NCBI GenBank assembly: GCA_963843975.1 | Contig: CAWJMG010000001.1 | Span: 450,001 to 482,000 of the forward strand | Reading direction: 5' to 3' | DNA length: 32,000 nucleotides | DNA from: an uncultured Actinomycetes bacterium | GTDB taxonomy: Bacteria > Actinomycetota > Actinomycetes > S36-B12 > CAIYMF01 | Part shown: positions 1 to 8,733 of the stretch, one piece after another | How positions within the stretch are numbered: position 1 is the first letter of the stretch | Layout of the letters: every line of letters starts with the position of its first letter | Notes under the pieces: generated by a model | What the model was told of the DNA's origin: nothing | What the model saw: only the letters and a program-made list of their open reading frames with translations | The model's database searches: none | Translations under genes and position numbers: made by a program

Positions 1-1
1 G

Positions 2-1027
2 GTCGCCCGGTCCCCCGACCTCGCGGCCTGGTCGGGCGTGCTCGCGCTGACCTTCGTCCTCCCAGGCGCGGTGTCCGGCGTCCACGACGCCATCACCGCG
101 ATGCTCGACCACCTGCCCGACCTCATGGCGGAGCCGAGCGTCGAGGAGGCCATGCGCATCGCAGGCGAGCTCGTCAGCGGTGCGGCAGTGGCCCTCCTGC
201 CCATGCTCGGCGTCCTGTTCCTGACGGCGATCGTGGCCGGCGTGGCCCAGGGCGGTGCGCGGCCGTACGGCGCCCGTCTCAAGCCGAAGTTCTCCCGCGT
301 CAGCCCGATGCAAGGCCTCAAGCGCATGTTCGGGCCGCAGGGCGCCTGGGAGCTCGTGAAGTCCCTGGTCAAGACGGCCACCGTCGGGCTGCTCGCCTGG
401 AACCTCGTGTCCGGCGCCAGCACCCTCGTCATGGGCTCCGGCTCGCTGCCCCTGAGCGCGATCGTGACTGCGATCGGCGCGGCCGCACTCAGCCTGGTGC
501 GCGTCGTCGCCGTCGTCGCCCTCGTGATCGGCGTCGCCGACTACCTCGTGGCCCGGCGACGGGTCATGAAGGGGATGATGATGTCCCGCAAGGACATCAA
601 GGACGAGATGCGCCAGTCCGACGGCGACCCGATGGTCAAGGGCGAGATCCGACGCCGCGCGCTCATGATGTCGCGCAACCGCATGATGGCCGCGATCCCC
701 GAGGCCGATGTCGTCCTCGTGAACCCCACCCACGTCGCCGTCGCCCTGAAGTACACCCCGGGCCATGGAGCTCCGCGCGTCGTGGCGAAGGGACGCGGCG
801 TCATCGCCGCCAAGATCCGCACGATCGCCACCGAGAACCGCGTCCCGATGGTCGAGGACATCCCCCTCGCACGCACGCTGCACGGGGCCTGCGAGGTCGG
901 CGAGGAGATCCCGGCGGACCTCTACACGGCCGTCGCGCAGATCCTCGCCTTCGTCATGGGGCTCAAGGCCCGAGGCGCCGCGGTCGGCATGCACCGCGCC
1001 CGAGAACTGGCCATGACGCGCCGCTGA
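2..1027 (+). CDS. flhB: Flagellar type III export protein FlhB, 5'-partial (frame open to the window edge)
   Basis: The frame of ORF 38..1027 stays open back to nt 2. It contains the FlhB/YscU autocleavage motif NPTH (VVLVNPTHVAVALKY) and the conserved C-terminal segment ENRVPMVEDIPLARTL. It lies directly upstream of flhA. Confidence 0.9.
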   Translation, partial: VARSPDLAAWSGVLALTFVLPGAVSGVHDAITAMLDHLPDLMAEPSVEEAMRIAGELVSGAAVALLPMLGVLFLTAIVAGVAQGGARPYGARLKPKFSRVSPMQGLKRMFGPQGAWELVKSLVKTATVGLLAWNLVSGASTLVMGSGSLPLSAIVTAIGAAALSLVRVVAVVALVIGVADYLVARRRVMKGMMMSRKDIKDEMRQSDGDPMVKGEIRRRALMMSRNRMMAAIPEADVVLVNPTHVAVALKYTPGHGAPRVVAKGRGVIAAKIRTIATENRVPMVEDIPLARTLHGACEVGEEIPADLYTAVAQILAFVMGLKARGAAVGMHRARELAMTRR

Positions 1028-1065
1028 GCCTCCGGTGAGCCTGCTGCTCCGGATGGCGCGATCTG

Positions 1066-1094
1066 CTCAGGCGGCCCTCCCCGGTGCCGATGAG
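1066..1094 (+). promoter_or_regulatory. Candidate FliA (sigma-28 class) promoter in the flhB-flhA spacer, CTCAG-N16-CCGATGAGG
   Basis: CTCAG at 1066-1070, an exact 16-nt spacer, then CCGATGA at 1087-1093. The same motif and spacing recur at 9325-9297(-), 10506-10535(+) and 21453-21425(-). Confidence 0.55.
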
Positions 1095-1173
1095 GCAGGT
1101 GCCAGGACGGCATGCAGGGACCACGGACGGGCGGACCCGGGATCGAACGATCCCGCAGGCTCGAAGGACTCGC

Positions 1174-3240
1174 GTGCCCAACCGACGTGTCAGCCAGTAC
1201 GCCGTACCGGTGGCTGTCGTCGGCATCATCACGATGATGATCGTGCCGCTGCCGCCGGTCGTGCTCGACCTGCTCATCACGGTCAACATCGCCGCCGCGC
1301 TCTCGATCCTGCTCGCCTCGATGTACGTGCGCCGCCCGCTCGACTTCGCGATCTTCCCCGCGCTGCTCCTCGTCGCCACGCTCTTCCGCCTGGCCCTCAA
1401 CATCAGCGTCACGCGCAACGTGCTCACGAACGGCTTCGCCGGCAACGTCGTGGACGCGTTCGGCCACTTCGTGATCGGCGGCTCGCTCGTCGTCGGCCTC
1501 GTGATCTTCATGATCCTGATCGTCATCCAGTTCATCGTGGTCACCAAGGGTGCCGAGCGCGTCGCCGAGGTCGGCGCCCGCTTCACCCTCGACGCGATGC
1601 CCGGCAAGCAGATGGCGATCGACGCCGACCTCAACGCCGGCCTCATCAGCGATGACGAGGCCCGGCGGCGCCGGGCCGACGTCGCGGCCGAGGCCGACTT
1701 CTACGGCGCGATGGACGGTGGCTCGAAGTTCGTCAAGGGCGACGCCATCGCCGCGATCATCATCACCGTCATCAACCTCGTCGGCGGCATGACGATCGGC
1801 ATCCTGCAGCGCGGCATGAGCGCGGCGGACGCCGCGACGACGTACAGCCTGCTGACCGTGGGCGACGGTCTCGTCTCGCAGATCCCGGCCCTCATGCTCT
1901 CGGTCGCGACCGGCCTCATCGTCACGCGCGCCAGCACCGAGAACGACATGGGCTCGGACGTCATCGGCCAGTTCGCCAAGCAGAAGCGCGCCATCCAGGT
2001 CGCCGGCGCCGGCGTCGTCGCTCTCGCCCTCGTGCCCGGACTGCCCAAGGTCCCGTTCGTCCTCGTCGGCGGCGGCCTGCTGTTCATCTCGACGCGCCTC
2101 GAGCACGTCGCCTCCGCCCAGGCCGAGCGCGAGGCCGCCGAGGCCCTCGAGGCCGCCGGCCCGGCCGGACCCGCCCCCGACTCCCCCGAGGCCCTCCTCG
2201 CGGAGATGCGCGTCGACCCGGTCGAGCTCGAGCTCGCCTACGACATGGTCGACCTCGTCGACGCCAGCGTCGGCGGCGACCTGCTCGGCCGGGTGAAGGC
2301 CCTGCGCCGCAAGGTGGCGCTCGAGCTCGGCGTCGTCCTGCCGCCCGTGCGCACCCGCGACGACCTCGAGCTGCCGCTGTCGACGTACCGCATCCGCGTG
2401 CACGGCGTGGAGCTCGGTCGCGGCGAGGCCCCTCCCGGCCACGTGCTGGTGATCGGCGACGGGCTCTCCGGCATCCCGGGCACCGACACGCGCGAGCCGG
2501 TGTTCGGCCTTCCCGCCCGCTGGGTGCCCGGCACCTACCAGCACCAGGCCGAGCTCTCCGGCCACACGGTCGTCGACCGCTCGTCGGTCGTGATCACGCA
2601 CCTCGCCGAGATCGTGCGCCAGAACGCCGGTGCGCTGCTCTCGCGCGAGGACGTCCGGACCCTCGTGGACACCGTCCGCTCCTCGCACCCGTCCGTGGTC
2701 GAGGAGCTCACGCCCGCCGTCCTCACCCTCGGCGAGATCCAGCGCGTGCTGCAGGCCCTGCTCGACGAGCGCGTGCCGGTGCGCGACCTCTCCCGCATCT
2801 TCGAGGCCCTCTCGGCCCGCGGCCGGTCCGCCGGCGGTCAGAGCACCGAGGCCCTCGTCGAGGCGTCCCGCTCCGTCCTCGGCCCTGCGATCTGCGCGAG
2901 CCTCGCCGTCAACGGCGCGCTGCACGCGATCACCTTCGATCCGCTGCTCGAGCAGGACCTCCTCGCGTCGCTGCGCCCCTCAGACGGCGGCGACGTCGTG
3001 ACGGTCGACGCGAACGTGCTCGGCGCCGTCGTCCGCGATCTCGGCCGCCTGGTCGAGCAGGCGGAGCAGTCCGGCTTCTCGCCCGTCCTCGTGTGCAGCG
3101 CCCCGCTGCGTGCACCGCTCCGTCGCCTCCTCGGCGGCGAGCTTCCCCGACTCGCTGTGCTCGCCTACGGCGAGCTCGGCGGCCCGATCGACGTCCACAC
3201 CCAGGGAGTGGTGAGCCTTGTCCACGCGCATGCTTCTTGA
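1174..3240 (+). CDS. flhA: Flagellar type III export protein FlhA
   Basis: ORF 1084..3240. It has the typical FlhA N-terminal TM region (VPVAVVGIITMMIVPLPPVVLDLLITVNIAAALSILLASMYV), the conserved FVIGGSLVVGLVIFMILIVIQFIVVTKGAERVAEVGARFTLDAMPGKQMAIDADLNAG block and a large cytoplasmic C-domain. I placed the start at GTG 1174, which has GAAGGA at 1163-1168 five nt upstream. GTG 1084 is the longest alternative but lies inside the promoter-like motif. Confidence 0.9.
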   Translation: MPNRRVSQYAVPVAVVGIITMMIVPLPPVVLDLLITVNIAAALSILLASMYVRRPLDFAIFPALLLVATLFRLALNISVTRNVLTNGFAGNVVDAFGHFVIGGSLVVGLVIFMILIVIQFIVVTKGAERVAEVGARFTLDAMPGKQMAIDADLNAGLISDDEARRRRADVAAEADFYGAMDGGSKFVKGDAIAAIIITVINLVGGMTIGILQRGMSAADAATTYSLLTVGDGLVSQIPALMLSVATGLIVTRASTENDMGSDVIGQFAKQKRAIQVAGAGVVALALVPGLPKVPFVLVGGGLLFISTRLEHVASAQAEREAAEALEAAGPAGPAPDSPEALLAEMRVDPVELELAYDMVDLVDASVGGDLLGRVKALRRKVALELGVVLPPVRTRDDLELPLSTYRIRVHGVELGRGEAPPGHVLVIGDGLSGIPGTDTREPVFGLPARWVPGTYQHQAELSGHTVVDRSSVVITHLAEIVRQNAGALLSREDVRTLVDTVRSSHPSVVEELTPAVLTLGEIQRVLQALLDERVPVRDLSRIFEALSARGRSAGGQSTEALVEASRSVLGPAICASLAVNGALHAITFDPLLEQDLLASLRPSDGGDVVTVDANVLGAVVRDLGRLVEQAEQSGFSPVLVCSAPLRAPLRRLLGGELPRLAVLAYGELGGPIDVHTQGVVSLVHAHAS

Positions 3241-4721
3241 GGGTCCTGACATCAGGACGCTCCTCGCACAGGTCCGCGAGGAGCACGGTCCGGATGCCCG
3301 CATCGTGCACGCCGAGCGCGTGCGCTCCGGCGGCGTCGGCGGCTTCTTCGCCAGGCAGCGGTTCGAGGTGACCGTCGAGATCGACGGCGACGCCTCGGGC
3401 TCGGCGACGACGCCCGACCAGCTCGCCCAGCAGTTCTCGGCCGGATCCGGCGACAGCTTCACGCCGTCCGCCCGGCCGGCTCCCCGCCCGACCCCTGCCC
3501 CCTCGCTCGACCGCATCGAGCCGATCGAGGCCCCGGTGCCTGTCACGAGCCTGCGCCCGGTCGGCTCCGTCGCCCGCGGCGAGGCCGCGCTGGCGGCGAA
3601 GCCGCTGCCGTGGGCCCAGCCCCGGCCCGACGCCGCGGGCGCACCCGTCGACGCGCTGGTCGCCGCCATGGACCGTGCCGACGGCGCCGACGCCGGCGAC
3701 CGCCGCGGCCCCTCGCTCGTGCCGAGCGCGCTCACGGACCCGTTCACCCCCGGCCGTCTCCCGGTCGAGCCGATGCTGCCGATCCTGGACGAGGCGAGCC
3801 GCGCGGCCGGGATCGACCCGCGCCCCCTGACCCCCGTCGGCCCCCTGACCGTCGCCGCGGCCGAGGCCACCCCGCTCGGCGACCTCGTCGGCTGGCTCGC
3901 GACCCAGCAGGCCGCCCTCGCCGACGCCGTCACCGCCCGCACCCCGGCCGCCGCACCCGCGCCTGCCCCGGCCCCCACCGCTCCCTCCGTCGACCCGGCC
4001 GTGCTCGCCGGCATCGTCGCGCGCGCCGGCCTCCTCGCCGACGCCCCCGTCGTCGAGACGCCCGCCGCACCGGCTGCACCCTCGACGCCGATCGCGGACG
4101 CCGTCCAGCGCGAGCGCACCATGGCGACCGTCACGCCGCTCCCCGGCGTGGCCGCCACCGCGACCCGGCCGGCCGCACCGCGCGCGCCGCGCCGCCCCGG
4201 CGACGTCCTCGTGCTCGTCGGCGACGCCGGCCCCGCGTTCGAGACCGCTCGGGCCCTCGCCGCCTCGCTGCGCGTCCCGGCCGACCGCGTCCGCGTCGTC
4301 TCGCACGCCCCCGTCGCCGGCCTCGCCGAGGAGCAGCGCATCGTCGACGTCCTCGAGGCCCGCCTCGCCGGCGCCCAGCTCGCCATGGAGCGCACCCCCG
4401 GCATCGTCGTCGTCGACGCCCCTCTCGGGCTCGTCGCCGACGCGCACGGCTGCGACTGGGTCGACGACGTCGTCACCGCCCTCGACCCCACGGCCGTCTG
4501 GGCCGTCGTGGACGCCACCCGCCGCCACGACGACCTCGTCCGCTGGCTCGGCGTCCTCCCTGAGCCTCGAGGCCCTCGCCGTCCACGGTGTCGCGGTCAC
4601 GAGCGACCCCGAGGCCGTGCACCACCTCGGCGTCCCCGTCGCCCTCGTCGACGGCCGCGCCGTTCCCGACCCGACGCCCGCGCCGACCCCGGAGCCGACC
4701 GCCCGGCGGAGGACCTCATGA
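3218..4721 (+). pseudogene. FlhF-like SRP-type GTPase homologue with degenerate GTPase motifs; the frame is broken by an apparent +1 shift near 4556-4566
   Basis: The N-terminus MLLEGPDIRTLLAQVREEHGPDARIVHAERVRSGGVGGFFARQRFEVTVE matches the FlhF B-domain pattern. The C-terminal half aligns block by block with the FlhF G-domain (VLVLVGDAGPAFETARALAA / VVVDAPLG / VVDATRRHDD / VAVTSDPE / VDGRAVPDP). GC3 collapses in the 3218 frame after about 4558 and is near 100 percent in the next frame from 4566 to the TGA at 4719-4721. Alternative start at ATG 3230. Confidence 0.65.
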
Positions 4722-5002
4722 GGCTCATCACCCCGTCGTCGCTCGTGCTCGGCCTGCTCCTCGCGAGCCCGGCCCTGATGGCGGCCTTCAACGACCCCTC
4801 GGCCGACATCACGCCGGCGCTGCTGCGCTTCGTGCTCGCGGTGCTCGTCGCCGGCGCGGGCCTCTCGTTCCTGCGCGGCATCGTCGGCGCCTACCAGTCG
4901 TCCTCGATCCGCGCCGCCCAGGACCGTGAGAACACCATCACCACGCTGTCGCCGGCCACCGGCCAGGTCCTCATCGCCAGCGACGAGGTCCTCCCCGCCT
5001 GA
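4718..5002 (+). CDS. Small membrane protein (94 aa, two predicted TM helices), function unknown
   Basis: ATG 4718 overlaps the frame-shifted FlhF-like stop in an ATGA junction at 4718-4721. The sequence MRLITPSSLVLGLLLASPALMAAF...LLRFVLAVLVAGAGLSFLRGIVGAY is hydrophobic and GC3 is high. In the ORF track it is hidden inside the composite 594-aa ORF. Confidence 0.6.
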   Translation: MRLITPSSLVLGLLLASPALMAAFNDPSADITPALLRFVLAVLVAGAGLSFLRGIVGAYQSSSIRAAQDRENTITTLSPATGQVLIASDEVLPA

Positions 5003-5015
5003 TCGGCGCCACGAG

Positions 5016-5052
5016 GCCGCAGGAGCGCACCGCCGAGGGGTGCTCCTGCGGC
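5016..5052 (+). terminator. GC-rich hairpin after the export operon (terminator-like, no U tract)
   Basis: GCCGCAGGAGC (5016-5026) pairs perfectly with GCTCCTGCGGC (5042-5052), with a few extra inner pairs. It begins 14 nt after the stop at 5002. Confidence 0.5.
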
Positions 5053-5069
5053 TCTGGCACGCTGGTGCC

Positions 5070-5672
5070 ATGACCGACGGGGGAACACCGAGCGCACTGG
5101 CTCCGGCAACCGACCGGTCGACGGCGGGGCGGGCCCTCGGCTGGATCCTCGGCGTCCTGGTAGGCATCGCGACGTTCGCCACCCTGTGGGAGGTGTCCCT
5201 ACCCGGGTCGATGTTCTTCCTGCTGCTGCCCCTCGCCCTCGTGTGGCTGACAGCCGCCGGGATCTGGATCGCGCTCGTGGTGCACGACATCCGCCGCCGC
5301 CGGGCAAGCATCGTCACGCTCGTTGTCCCCCTCGTGGTCGCGGGGACCGCGGCACTGGGCCTCACCGACATCCCCCTGCAGGTCCGCTTCGACCTCGCAC
5401 GCGGCGCGATGCAGGACGCCGTCGACACCATGCCCGCGGACGACGACGCCGTCATCGGGAACAGGCTCGTCGGCACGTACATGATCAGGTTTCTCGACCG
5501 GGTCGACGGCGGTGTGATCCTGACCGAGGCGATCGGGAACTCGGTGGTCGACGACGCCGGATTCGCCTACCTGCCAGCAGGCCCCACGCCCGAGCCCGAG
5601 AACGGGTCCTTCGAGAGCCCGCAGTGGCACGACCTCGGCGGCGGCTGGTGGAGCTGGACCGCCAGCTGGTGA
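5070..5672 (+). CDS. Hypothetical membrane protein (200 aa; N-terminal TM helices plus a C-terminal soluble part)
   Basis: High GC3 from ATG 5070 (MTDGGTPSAL...). The longer ORF start at 4926 overlaps the previous gene and the hairpin. I recognise no family. Confidence 0.6.
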   Translation: MTDGGTPSALAPATDRSTAGRALGWILGVLVGIATFATLWEVSLPGSMFFLLLPLALVWLTAAGIWIALVVHDIRRRRASIVTLVVPLVVAGTAALGLTDIPLQVRFDLARGAMQDAVDTMPADDDAVIGNRLVGTYMIRFLDRVDGGVILTEAIGNSVVDDAGFAYLPAGPTPEPENGSFESPQWHDLGGGWWSWTASW

Positions 5673-5684
5673 CGCCATCACCGC

Positions 5685-5734
5685 GATTCGGTAGTGGAAA
5701 GGCGGCGCAGAGAGCGCTCTGGCACTACCGAATC
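5685..5734. terminator. Long inverted repeat between convergent genes (bidirectional terminator candidate)
   Basis: GATTCGGTAGTG (5685-5696) pairs perfectly with CACTACCGAATC (5723-5734). The loop contains an inner hairpin, CAGAG (5708-5712) with CTCTG (5717-5721). It lies between the stop at 5672(+) and the csrA stop at 5748(-). Confidence 0.5.
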
Positions 5735-5747
5735 GGTGGAATGGGAG

Positions 5748-5996
5748 CTACTCGGTCGGCGGGGTGGTGCGGGCGGCTACGGCTGCGGTGAGCGCCGACA
5801 CGGCGGCGGCATCGGGTGCGGCGGCGGCCTTGTTGGCGGCCTCGATGGCCTCGAAGACCTCGGAGCGGTGCACGGGCACCTCGCGCGGCGCGTCGACGCC
5901 GATGCGGATGATGTCGCCGCGCACCTCGAGGACGGTGACGACGACGTCATTGCCGATGACGACGCTCTCGCCGACCCGGCGGCTCAGCACCAGCAC
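5748..5996 (-). CDS. csrA: Carbon storage regulator / flagellin translational repressor CsrA
   Basis: MLVLSRRVGESVVIGNDVVVTVLEVRGDIIRIGVDAPREVPVHRSEVFEAIEAAN matches the CsrA consensus almost residue for residue. The start is GTG, preceded by GGGAGGAG. An Ala-rich C-terminal extension is present. It lies immediately downstream of fliW. Confidence 0.93.
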   Translation of the reverse strand: MLVLSRRVGESVVIGNDVVVTVLEVRGDIIRIGVDAPREVPVHRSEVFEAIEAANKAAAAPDAAAVSALTAAVAARTTPPTE

Positions 5997-6024
5997 GTCC
6001 CGCTCCTCCCTGACGCCGGCGGCG

Positions 6025-6468
6025 TCAGGCCGCCAGCGGTGCGCGCAGCGGGAGCGACGGGTCGTCCAGGACGACCTGCGCCGCCGTCTGCGCAGCGGTG
6101 TTCACGACGATCGGCGCCATGAGGTTGGCCGTCGACTCCGCGAGACTATCGCCCACGGTCACCATGAGGAGCACCAGCGCGTCGGCCGGCGCCGTGTCGG
6201 AGGTGCCGAGGCCCAGCCGGACGGCGGTGACATCGTCGATCTCGGGGGCGTAGTCGGGGAAGAACGCCACCGACGGGACGACGACGAAGCGGGCCGCGGG
6301 GTCGTCGAGGCTCTGCAGGTCGAGGACCAGGCCGCTCTCGTCGAGGCGCACGAGGACGAAGCGGGTCGCGCCGGGGAAGCCGGGGATGCCGTCGGCGAAC
6401 TCCAGGACGGGCAGGTCCGGGTCGGTGCTCACGCTCACGTCGTCTCCTCGCGTCAGGACGCTCATCAT
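6025..6468 (-). CDS. fliW: Flagellar assembly factor FliW
   Basis: 147 aa starting MMSVLTRG. It has the FliW-like core LEFADGIPGFPGATRFVLV...FVVVPSVAFFPDY...TANLMAPIVVN. ATG 6468 overlaps the flgL stop in an ATGA junction, and csrA follows it. Confidence 0.85.
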   Translation of the reverse strand: MMSVLTRGDDVSVSTDPDLPVLEFADGIPGFPGATRFVLVRLDESGLVLDLQSLDDPAARFVVVPSVAFFPDYAPEIDDVTAVRLGLGTSDTAPADALVLLMVTVGDSLAESTANLMAPIVVNTAAQTAAQVVLDDPSLPLRAPLAA

Positions 6469-7355
6469 CGCAGGAAGTCCATCAGGGAGGGCTGGATCAC
6501 CTTCGCGGTGGCGCCGAGCGCCGCCTGGTAGGACACCTGAGCCACGTTGAGGTCGTAGATCGTCTGGGCGAGGTCGATGTCCTCGATGCTCGACAGCGAG
6601 GTCGTCAGCTCGTCCGTGTGCAGGGTCACCGAGGTCACGGCGCTGTCCAGTCGGTTGTAGCGGGCCCCGACGTCGGTGAGCGCGGTGGTCATGCGCGCGC
6701 TCACGGCGTCCAGGTTGGTCAGGTCGGTGCCGAGGTTGGCCGGCGTGGTGCGCATGTCGTTGACGATCGAGGTGAGCGTCGAGAACAGGTCGGCGCCCGC
6801 CGGGCCGAACGCCTCTTGCCCGGTCACGTCCACGCGGACCGAGGTGGCCGAGCCGACCTCGCGGGTGACGATGCCGGTGTCGCCGAGGTACGCGCCCGTG
6901 GTCGGGTCGTACGCCGAGGAGCCGGACGTCGTGCCGCCGAAGAGGGGGCGGCCGAGGTAGGTCGTGTTGGCCGCGGCGAGCAGGTTCTTCTGCAGGCCCT
7001 CGACCTCGGTGGCGAGCGCGGCGCGCGACGTCGGCGTCATCGTGCCGTTCTGGCTCTGGACGACGAGCTCGCGGACGCGGCGCACCTGCTCGTTCATGCT
7101 CTGCAGAGCCGAGTCGGTGGTGCCGAGCCAGGCCTTGCCGTCGTCGGCGTTGCGCGCCCACTGCTTGGTCTGCGCCAGCTCGGACCGGATCCGGAGCGCG
7201 GAGGCCGTGCCGGCGGGGTCGTCGCTCGGCTTGGTGATAGTGCGACCGGAGGTCATCCGCTGGTTGATGCCGGCGAGCCGCGACTGGCTCGACTGCAGCC
7301 CCAGCATCGACTGGTTCACCATCATGCGCTGGGTGACGCGCATCCCTGCGTCCAT
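6465..7355 (-). CDS. flgL: Flagellar hook-associated protein 3 FlgL
   Basis: MRVTQRMMVNQSMLGLQSSQSRLAGINQRMTSGRTITKPSDDPAGTA is a typical FlgL N-terminus, and the C-terminal flagellin-like heptads are present. The start is ATG 7355 or, more like canonical FlgL, ATG 7343. Confidence 0.88.
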   Translation of the reverse strand: MDAGMRVTQRMMVNQSMLGLQSSQSRLAGINQRMTSGRTITKPSDDPAGTASALRIRSELAQTKQWARNADDGKAWLGTTDSALQSMNEQVRRVRELVVQSQNGTMTPTSRAALATEVEGLQKNLLAAANTTYLGRPLFGGTTSGSSAYDPTTGAYLGDTGIVTREVGSATSVRVDVTGQEAFGPAGADLFSTLTSIVNDMRTTPANLGTDLTNLDAVSARMTTALTDVGARYNRLDSAVTSVTLHTDELTTSLSSIEDIDLAQTIYDLNVAQVSYQAALGATAKVIQPSLMDFLR

Positions 7356-7357
7356 GG

Positions 7358-8731
7358 CTACCTACCCACCATTCCGGTGCGGTTGATGAGGGTGTCGAGC
7401 ATCGAGTCGACAGCGTTGAGCACGCGGCTCGAGGCCTCGTACGCGCGCTGGAACGTGAGGATGGAGGCCATCTCCTCGTCGACGTTGACGCCCGACTGCG
7501 ACTCGCGGGCAGCGTCGATGCCGTTGGCGACGGTCTGCTGCGTCGTGAGGCGGTTCGTGACCGTCTGGCTGGTCTGGCCGAGGTCGGCGACGAGCGAGCG
7601 GTAGCTGGCGTCGGCGCCGGTCGCGGAGGCGGCGAGCCTCGCGATCGAGGTGGCTACGCCGACGTCGAGCGAGGCACCGCCGGCACCAGGGGCCACGGCC
7701 GAGGCCGCGACCTTCCGCGGGTCGGTGACCGCGAGGCGGAGGGTGGCGGCCGTCGTACCGGTGAAGAAGGCGCCTCCTGCGGCGCCCGTCAGGTCGAAGC
7801 CGGTGGTGTGCAGCGCGTTCACGCTCGAGGCGAGGTTCGCCGCGACGGGGTCGAGGCGTGCGCTCCAGGCCGGGATCCCGCTGGTGGCGGCGGAGACGAG
7901 GCCCTTGAGCTCGCCGCCGGTGGCCTGGACGGGCGAGCCGTCGGCCGCCCAGGTGAGGGAGATCGCGCTGCCGGAGCCGGTGAGGCTCATCTGCCGGGCG
8001 CGGTCGCCCTCGACGAGCGGGGTGCCGCCGACCATGACGCGCATGGAGCCGGAGTCGTCGGTGCTGGCGACGCCGCCGACGAGGTCGGCCAGCTTCATCG
8101 CGAGGACGTCGCGCTGGTCCGAGAGCTCGTTCACCGGGAACCCGGCGTCCTGCGCCCGCGTGATCGAGGTGTTGAGCGTGGCGACCTGCGCCGCGATCTG
8201 GTTGACCTGGTCGACGTCCGAGCGGGCCTGCCCGCCGACCGCCTGGGCGAGCGACGCGAGCCGCGTCGAGGCCTCGTTGAGCCAGTCGGTCACGGTGGCA
8301 GCGCGCTGCAGCAGCGCCGTACGGGTGCCGAGGTCGGCGGGCTGGTTCGCGACGTCGTGGAACGAGGACCACAGGCCCGACAGCGCGGTGGAGAGGCCGT
8401 TGTCCGAGGGCTCGGGGAAGAGCTGCTCGACCTGTCCGAGCACGGTCTGGGTCGTGGTCAGGTCGGCGAGGCCGCCGTGAGCCTGCTGGCCGCGCACCTC
8501 GAGCAGCGCGTCGCGCAGTCGGTCGACGCCGGTGACGGTGACGCCGCCGGTGAAGGAGGTGCCCGACCAGATGCCGGCGACCGCGGGGGCACCGACGGAG
8601 TTCATGAGGACGCGCTGGCGCGAGTAGCCGTCGGTGTTCGCGTTCGCGACGTTCTGGCCCGCGATGTCGAGCGCACGGCGCTGCGCCGTGAGGCCGGACA
8701 GCGCGACGGAGAGACCGTCGAACGAACCCAT
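7358..8731 (-). CDS. flgK: Flagellar hook-associated protein 1 FlgK
   Basis: The N-terminus MGSFDGLSVALSGLTAQRRALDIAGQNVANANTDGYSRQRV and the C-terminus GVNVDEEMASILTFQRAYEASSRVLNAVDSMLDTLINR are hallmark rod/hook/HAP terminal motifs. Confidence 0.92.
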   Translation of the reverse strand: MGSFDGLSVALSGLTAQRRALDIAGQNVANANTDGYSRQRVLMNSVGAPAVAGIWSGTSFTGGVTVTGVDRLRDALLEVRGQQAHGGLADLTTTQTVLGQVEQLFPEPSDNGLSTALSGLWSSFHDVANQPADLGTRTALLQRAATVTDWLNEASTRLASLAQAVGGQARSDVDQVNQIAAQVATLNTSITRAQDAGFPVNELSDQRDVLAMKLADLVGGVASTDDSGSMRVMVGGTPLVEGDRARQMSLTGSGSAISLTWAADGSPVQATGGELKGLVSAATSGIPAWSARLDPVAANLASSVNALHTTGFDLTGAAGGAFFTGTTAATLRLAVTDPRKVAASAVAPGAGGASLDVGVATSIARLAASATGADASYRSLVADLGQTSQTVTNRLTTQQTVANGIDAARESQSGVNVDEEMASILTFQRAYEASSRVLNAVDSMLDTLINRTGMVGR

Positions 8732-8733
8732 GG

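Noticed and set aside
922-2925. 667-aa ORF on the minus strand covering flhA
   Set aside because: This is a shadow ORF antisense to a strongly conserved gene. Its translation is low-complexity R/G/D/E/A/H-rich sequence, typical of antisense frames in high-GC DNA, and it has no recognisable domain.
3218-5002. Reading the 594-aa ORF as one protein
   Set aside because: GC3 collapses between about 4559 and 4717 in this frame, and the translation there is an Arg/Pro string. The adjacent frame carries the conserved FlhF-like C-terminus and ends in an ATGA junction with a separate small gene.
2930-5482. 850-aa ORF (and the nested 512-aa ORF) on the minus strand
   Set aside because: It is antisense to the flhA 3' end, the FlhF-like gene and the two membrane-protein genes. 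Its composition is Arg/Gly/Ala/Pro-rich, and the codon-position GC pattern supports the plus-strand genes instead.
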